Shown here: piece after piece, positions 58,152-64,000 of the stretch
Layout of the letters: the number at the start of each line of letters is the position of its first letter
Numbering within the stretch: position 1 is the first letter of the stretch
NCBI GenBank assembly: GCA_037441385.1
Contig: JBBISH010000005.1
Span: 1 to 64,000 of the forward strand
Source of the DNA: Myxococcales bacterium
Lineage (GTDB): Bacteria > Myxococcota_A > UBA9042
Direction: 5' to 3'
Length of the DNA stretch: 64,000 nucleotides
The notes under the pieces: generated by a model
What the model was told of the DNA's origin: nothing
Database searches by the model: none
Seen by the model: the letters and a program-made list of their open reading frames with translations, nothing else
Program-made: the position numbers and the translations under genes

Positions 58152-58769
58152 ATGCGCATCCTGGTCGAAACTCCTGAATTCTTCGCCATCGACAAGCCCG
58201 CGGGCCTACCGACCATCCCGGATCGGATGGGCTCGGCCAGCGTCCACAACCTTTTTGAGGCGGAAGTGGGGCAGAAGCTCTGGATCGTGCACCGGCTGGA
58301 CCGCGAAGTGACCGGGGTTCTGCTCTTTGCCCGCACGGCCGACAGCCATCGGGCGCTGTCGCTCGCGTTCGAGCACGGCCGGGCTCACAAGACCTACCAG
58401 GCCTGGACCAGCGGCTTGGAGCCGGATCAGCGGCAGTTTCGCTGGCAGGACAAGCTGTTGCGTGGCAAGAAGCGGGCCTATGCCCACCCGGCGGGCAAGG
58501 ATGCGATCACGCTGGCCGAATTCAGCGGGCCGGCGCCGCAGCCGGGTCTGTGGCAGTGGCAGCTGCAGCCGCTGACGGGGCGAAATCATCAACTGCGGGT
58601 GCACCTTGCCTCGCGCGGCTGGCCGATTGCCGGCGATCTGCTCTACGGCAGCCCGGTAACCTGGCGTCCGGGCGAAATCGCTTTGCGCGCCGTGCGTTTG
58701 CAGCTGGAGCCGGCGGTGCTTGGCCGGCCGATCGCCGTCGAAGCGGGGCCGATCGAAAGTTTTTCTTGA
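58152..58769 (+). CDS. RluA-family pseudouridine synthase
   Basis: [38 protein letters not shown]. Confidence 0.9.
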   Translation: MRILVETPEFFAIDKPAGLPTIPDRMGSASVHNLFEAEVGQKLWIVHRLDREVTGVLLFARTADSHRALSLAFEHGRAHKTYQAWTSGLEPDQRQFRWQDKLLRGKKRAYAHPAGKDAITLAEFSGPAPQPGLWQWQLQPLTGRNHQLRVHLASRGWPIAGDLLYGSPVTWRPGEIALRAVRLQLEPAVLGRPIAVEAGPIESFS

Positions 58770-58802
58770 CAGCCGCCGTTGGATACCTGAACATCTGTCC
58801 AG
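58766..58802 (+). promoter_or_regulatory. recA promoter (-35 TTGACA) with SOS box CTGAACATCTGTCCAG (58787-58802)
   Basis: Near-palindrome matching the lexA box on the opposite strand. Confidence 0.7.
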
Positions 58803-58823
58803 TTGTCGGGCCGTGAGTCCGAG

Positions 58824-58926
<103 letters not shown>

Positions 58927-58959
58927 CTTACTCATCCATCGTTGTCTACAGGAGTCACC

Positions 58960-60057
<1,098 letters not shown>

Positions 60058-60177
60058 GCTCCGGGTGGCCGCGCGACCTCGCGCGAAATCGACGTAGTTT
60101 TCGCTAGTAGAAAATGCCCTGCATCTTGTGGCAGGCTCCGCCGGTCCGCACCTACCTCGACGGACCCGGAGTTGCCC

Positions 60178-60837
60178 ATGTCGCCCAAGCCGTATCAGAA
60201 GAACCCTGCCGCGCCCGCCGCCTCGGCCGACAAGGCCGCGAGCAAACCGACCTCGAAGCCTGCGGGCAGTTCGGCTGGCAAGCCCGCGCCCAAGCCTGCG
60301 AAGCCCGCCGCCAAAGCGCCGCTCAAGCGAGCGCCGGCCCATGAAGGGTGGTTGGCCACGGTGCTCGGCTTCCTGGACGCCGACGGTTGGCCGCACGAGA
60401 CGGCCGAGGACGGGACCGCCGTCCTCACAGGGTACCAAGGCGAGAACGGCGTGTTGGCGCTGACGATCGAAGTTGAAGAAAGTGTCGGGCTTTTGGTGGC
60501 TCACGCCGTCTTGCCGGTCGGCTTTGGTCCGGCCGAGGGCGAAGAGAGCGACGAAGTTCCCGAGGGCGCTGAAGAAGCTGTGTCGGCAGTCGCCGAGCTG
60601 TGTCTGCGGCTGAACGCGGGCCTGCCAGTCGGCAGCTTCGACTTCGATCTGGACCAGACCGAACTGCGCTTCCGCATCGGTTTCTTGTTCGACGGCGTGG
60701 ATCCCCAGCCGCAGATCGTCCGCAACGCCCTGTATACGGTGGTGGATTCGGCCGACCGCTACTTGCCGCTGCTCGCGGCCGTCGCTTCGGGCCAGGCCGA
60801 CGTCGAGAGCGCGATGGACATGCTCAACGAAGAATAG
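60178..60837 (+). CDS. YbjN-domain (T3SS-chaperone-like) protein with Lys/Pro/Ala-rich N-terminus
   Basis: FLDADGWP, GYQGENG, AELCLRLNAGLPVGSFDFDLD...RF. Confidence 0.7.
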   Translation: MSPKPYQKNPAAPAASADKAASKPTSKPAGSSAGKPAPKPAKPAAKAPLKRAPAHEGWLATVLGFLDADGWPHETAEDGTAVLTGYQGENGVLALTIEVEESVGLLVAHAVLPVGFGPAEGEESDEVPEGAEEAVSAVAELCLRLNAGLPVGSFDFDLDQTELRFRIGFLFDGVDPQPQIVRNALYTVVDSADRYLPLLAAVASGQADVESAMDMLNEE

Positions 60838-60849
60838 CTCAAAGGTCGC

Positions 60850-62502
60850 TTACTTGCGCGGGCTGCACACGCCGGCGCGCAGCGACTGCACCTCGGCCTT
60901 CAGGCTGTCGATCTGCTGCTGCTGGGTCTGCAGGGTCGCCACCGTCATCGATAAATAACCATACAGATCAACCATGTCGCGCTGGGCGTCCACGGCGGGG
61001 CTCTGCGGATCGTCGTCGATGATGAAGCCGAGCTGGCGCTTGCCCTGCGGCCCGGCGGCCGTGTAGCGGTACGTGGCGAGCTTGGTGGCAAGCAGGCGCT
61101 GCGACAGCTGCTGCTCGGCCTGGCCGTCCAGGTAGTGGATGTCGGTCTTGTACTTGGCGCGCGAAATCGGGCAGCCACCCGCGTTCAGCTTGGGATCCTT
61201 GTCCGTGCACTTGAGCAGCGCGCCGCAGGGGTCTTTGGGATCGCACACCGCGCCGGGGCTGCTGCAGGCGGCGCCGAGCTTCTCGGTCGTGCAGAGCGGG
61301 ACGTCGGCCTTGGGCGACCAGCCCTTGCACACCGGGTCGCCGCACGTGGCAAACCACGAGGTGGCGGCCACGATGCAGTCGCCCTTGTAGTTGACGTTTT
61401 GGCCGGCGCCGGCTGCCTCGCAGTCGTTGCCGTAGGTCTTGCCGTCGCAGCCGCACACCGGCATGTAAAAGGCTGGGCAGACTTCGCTTTTGGCGGCACA
61501 GGTGCCTTGGCCGCCGCAGACGCCCATGCCGGTGGACTTGCAGTACTGGCCGGCCGCGCAGCCCTTCTGGCTGGCCACGTCGCAGCCGCCGGTCGAGCTG
61601 CATTCGCCTGCGCTGGCTACGACTTGCCCGTCGCCGGCCGCGGAGCATGCGTTCCCATAGGTCTTGCCGTTGCAGCCGCACACGGGGGCGTACTCCATGG
61701 TGCACGCCTCTGGCTTCTTGGCGCACGTGCCCATGCCGCTGCACTGGCCGGCGGCTGCGGAGCAGAAGTTGCCCGTGCCGCACATCTCGTTGACGCCGAC
61801 CTTGCACTCGCCCGTGGCCTTGCATTCGCCGGTGTACGCCACGCTGGCGCCGGCCGCGGCGGCCATGCAGGTGTTGCTGTAGGTGATGCCGTTGCAGCCG
61901 CATACCGGCATCAATTCCTTTGTGCAGCCACTGGGTTTGGTGCTACAGGCGCCCGTGGTCGAGCACTGGCCCTGGGTCTTGGCGCAGTACTGATCACTTG
62001 CGCAGTCGTTGCTGCTGCTGCAGCCACCGGGGCTGGCATCGGTGCTGCCGGCGTCGTCGCAATAGCCGGGCGGCAACATGCAAGCGTCGGTGGCGTAGCA
62101 GGCCCAGCTGCCGCCGCTGCAGGTGCAGACCGTAGAGGGATAGCACTTGCCGCAGCAGCACTCTTGGCCCCACTCGCACTTCAGGCCGGCGTCGGTGCAC
62201 TTGCCGCCGATCGGCGGATCTTTGGGGCAGTTGCTGGGGGACGTGTCAGCCACGGCGCCATCCACCGCCGCGGCCGAGTCGGCCACATCGGCCGGGCTGG
62301 CATCGGCGCTGCTCGTGTCCGCTTTGGCCGTGTCGGTTGCACTCGCGTCGCCCTGGGCGGCATCGCTCAAACTGCCGGTATCGGTTGCCGTATCCGGGGT
62401 AGCGGCGGGCGCGCCGCCGGGGCTGTTCTCGCAACCGGCCGCCGCCGCCAGGGCCAGCGCGGCGAGCCAAAGGTCCCATCCAAATCGTTTGCTGGTGCGC
62501 AT
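60850..62502 (-). CDS. Cys-rich lipoprotein with three Kazal-like repeats and C-terminal peptidase S74 (intramolecular chaperone) domain
   Basis: Lipobox AAGC; C....PVCGC(N/D)G.TY.N.C x3; SRAKYKTDI, YRY, LGFIIDD, VDLYGY + coiled coil. Confidence 0.8.
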   Translation of the reverse strand: MRTSKRFGWDLWLAALALAAAAGCENSPGGAPAATPDTATDTGSLSDAAQGDASATDTAKADTSSADASPADVADSAAAVDGAVADTSPSNCPKDPPIGGKCTDAGLKCEWGQECCCGKCYPSTVCTCSGGSWACYATDACMLPPGYCDDAGSTDASPGGCSSSNDCASDQYCAKTQGQCSTTGACSTKPSGCTKELMPVCGCNGITYSNTCMAAAAGASVAYTGECKATGECKVGVNEMCGTGNFCSAAAGQCSGMGTCAKKPEACTMEYAPVCGCNGKTYGNACSAAGDGQVVASAGECSSTGGCDVASQKGCAAGQYCKSTGMGVCGGQGTCAAKSEVCPAFYMPVCGCDGKTYGNDCEAAGAGQNVNYKGDCIVAATSWFATCGDPVCKGWSPKADVPLCTTEKLGAACSSPGAVCDPKDPCGALLKCTDKDPKLNAGGCPISRAKYKTDIHYLDGQAEQQLSQRLLATKLATYRYTAAGPQGKRQLGFIIDDDPQSPAVDAQRDMVDLYGYLSMTVATLQTQQQQIDSLKAEVQSLRAGVCSPRK

Positions 62503-62626
62503 CTTCGCCTCCGCCGCGGCCCAACCAGGGTCGGCACGCCCACTAGCATAGCACAAATCGTGCCGGGCGCACGCCGCCGCAACCAGCTGAAAAGCAGAGT
62601 CATCCGCGAATTTCGCGGTGACGTTT

Positions 62627-62664
62627 GTGTGGAAAATATCTACACGTGTCGAAAATTACCACAC
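62627..62664. promoter_or_regulatory. Two tandem 19-bp imperfect palindromes (GTGT.GAAAAT....ACAC), putative operators
   Basis: GTGTGGAAAATATCTACAC / GTGTCGAAAATTACCACAC in the divergent intergenic region before hutU. Confidence 0.4.
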
Positions 62665-62777
62665 TGGCGCCGGCCGGGGCGCCGCAACGGCTTGGTCACG
62701 CGGCCCCTTTGCCCAGGCGCGCCGCTGTGCTACCAAGGCGCACGCATGCCACCCTGGTGGCGCCGAGGTTCCTGCCC

Positions 62778-64000
<1,223 letters not shown>

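Overview
High-GC bacterial chromosomal segment, most consistent with a Myxococcota/deltaproteobacterial organism. This rests on GltF/GltG-like gliding genes, a FrzS-like pseudo-receiver, a DUF4388 protein, a stand-alone atpI-atpB-atpE F0 cluster and many Cys-rich lipoproteins. About 51 CDS are supported. Housekeeping genes include deoB, selA, lexA, tsaB, rseP, lipA, rsmA, tsaD, atpIBE, rnhB, recA and a truncated hutU. The most notable accessory locus is a minus-strand RiPP-like cluster at 25.3-35.7 kb. It encodes a PqqD/RRE protein, a ~2390-aa Ig-repeat/FG-GAP surface lipoprotein, a 64-aa precursor-like peptide (YxxPxL leader motif, 4-Cys core), an HPr-kinase-like P-loop protein, a radical SAM/SPASM enzyme and an S26-like peptidase. 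Other points of interest: two MITE-like repeat families, one nested in the other with a visible 3-bp target duplication; a shared palindromic SOS box upstream of lexA and recA, each followed by a tandem repeat; an orphan phage/eCIS tail-tube gene with a long N-terminal extension; a Ycf46 AAA/DUF1257/DUF2997 module; a Kazal + peptidase-S74 lipoprotein; and a phasin locus with PhaR-like boxes. No rRNA, tRNA, CRISPR array or transposase was recognised. All family calls come from motif recognition by eye, not database searches.
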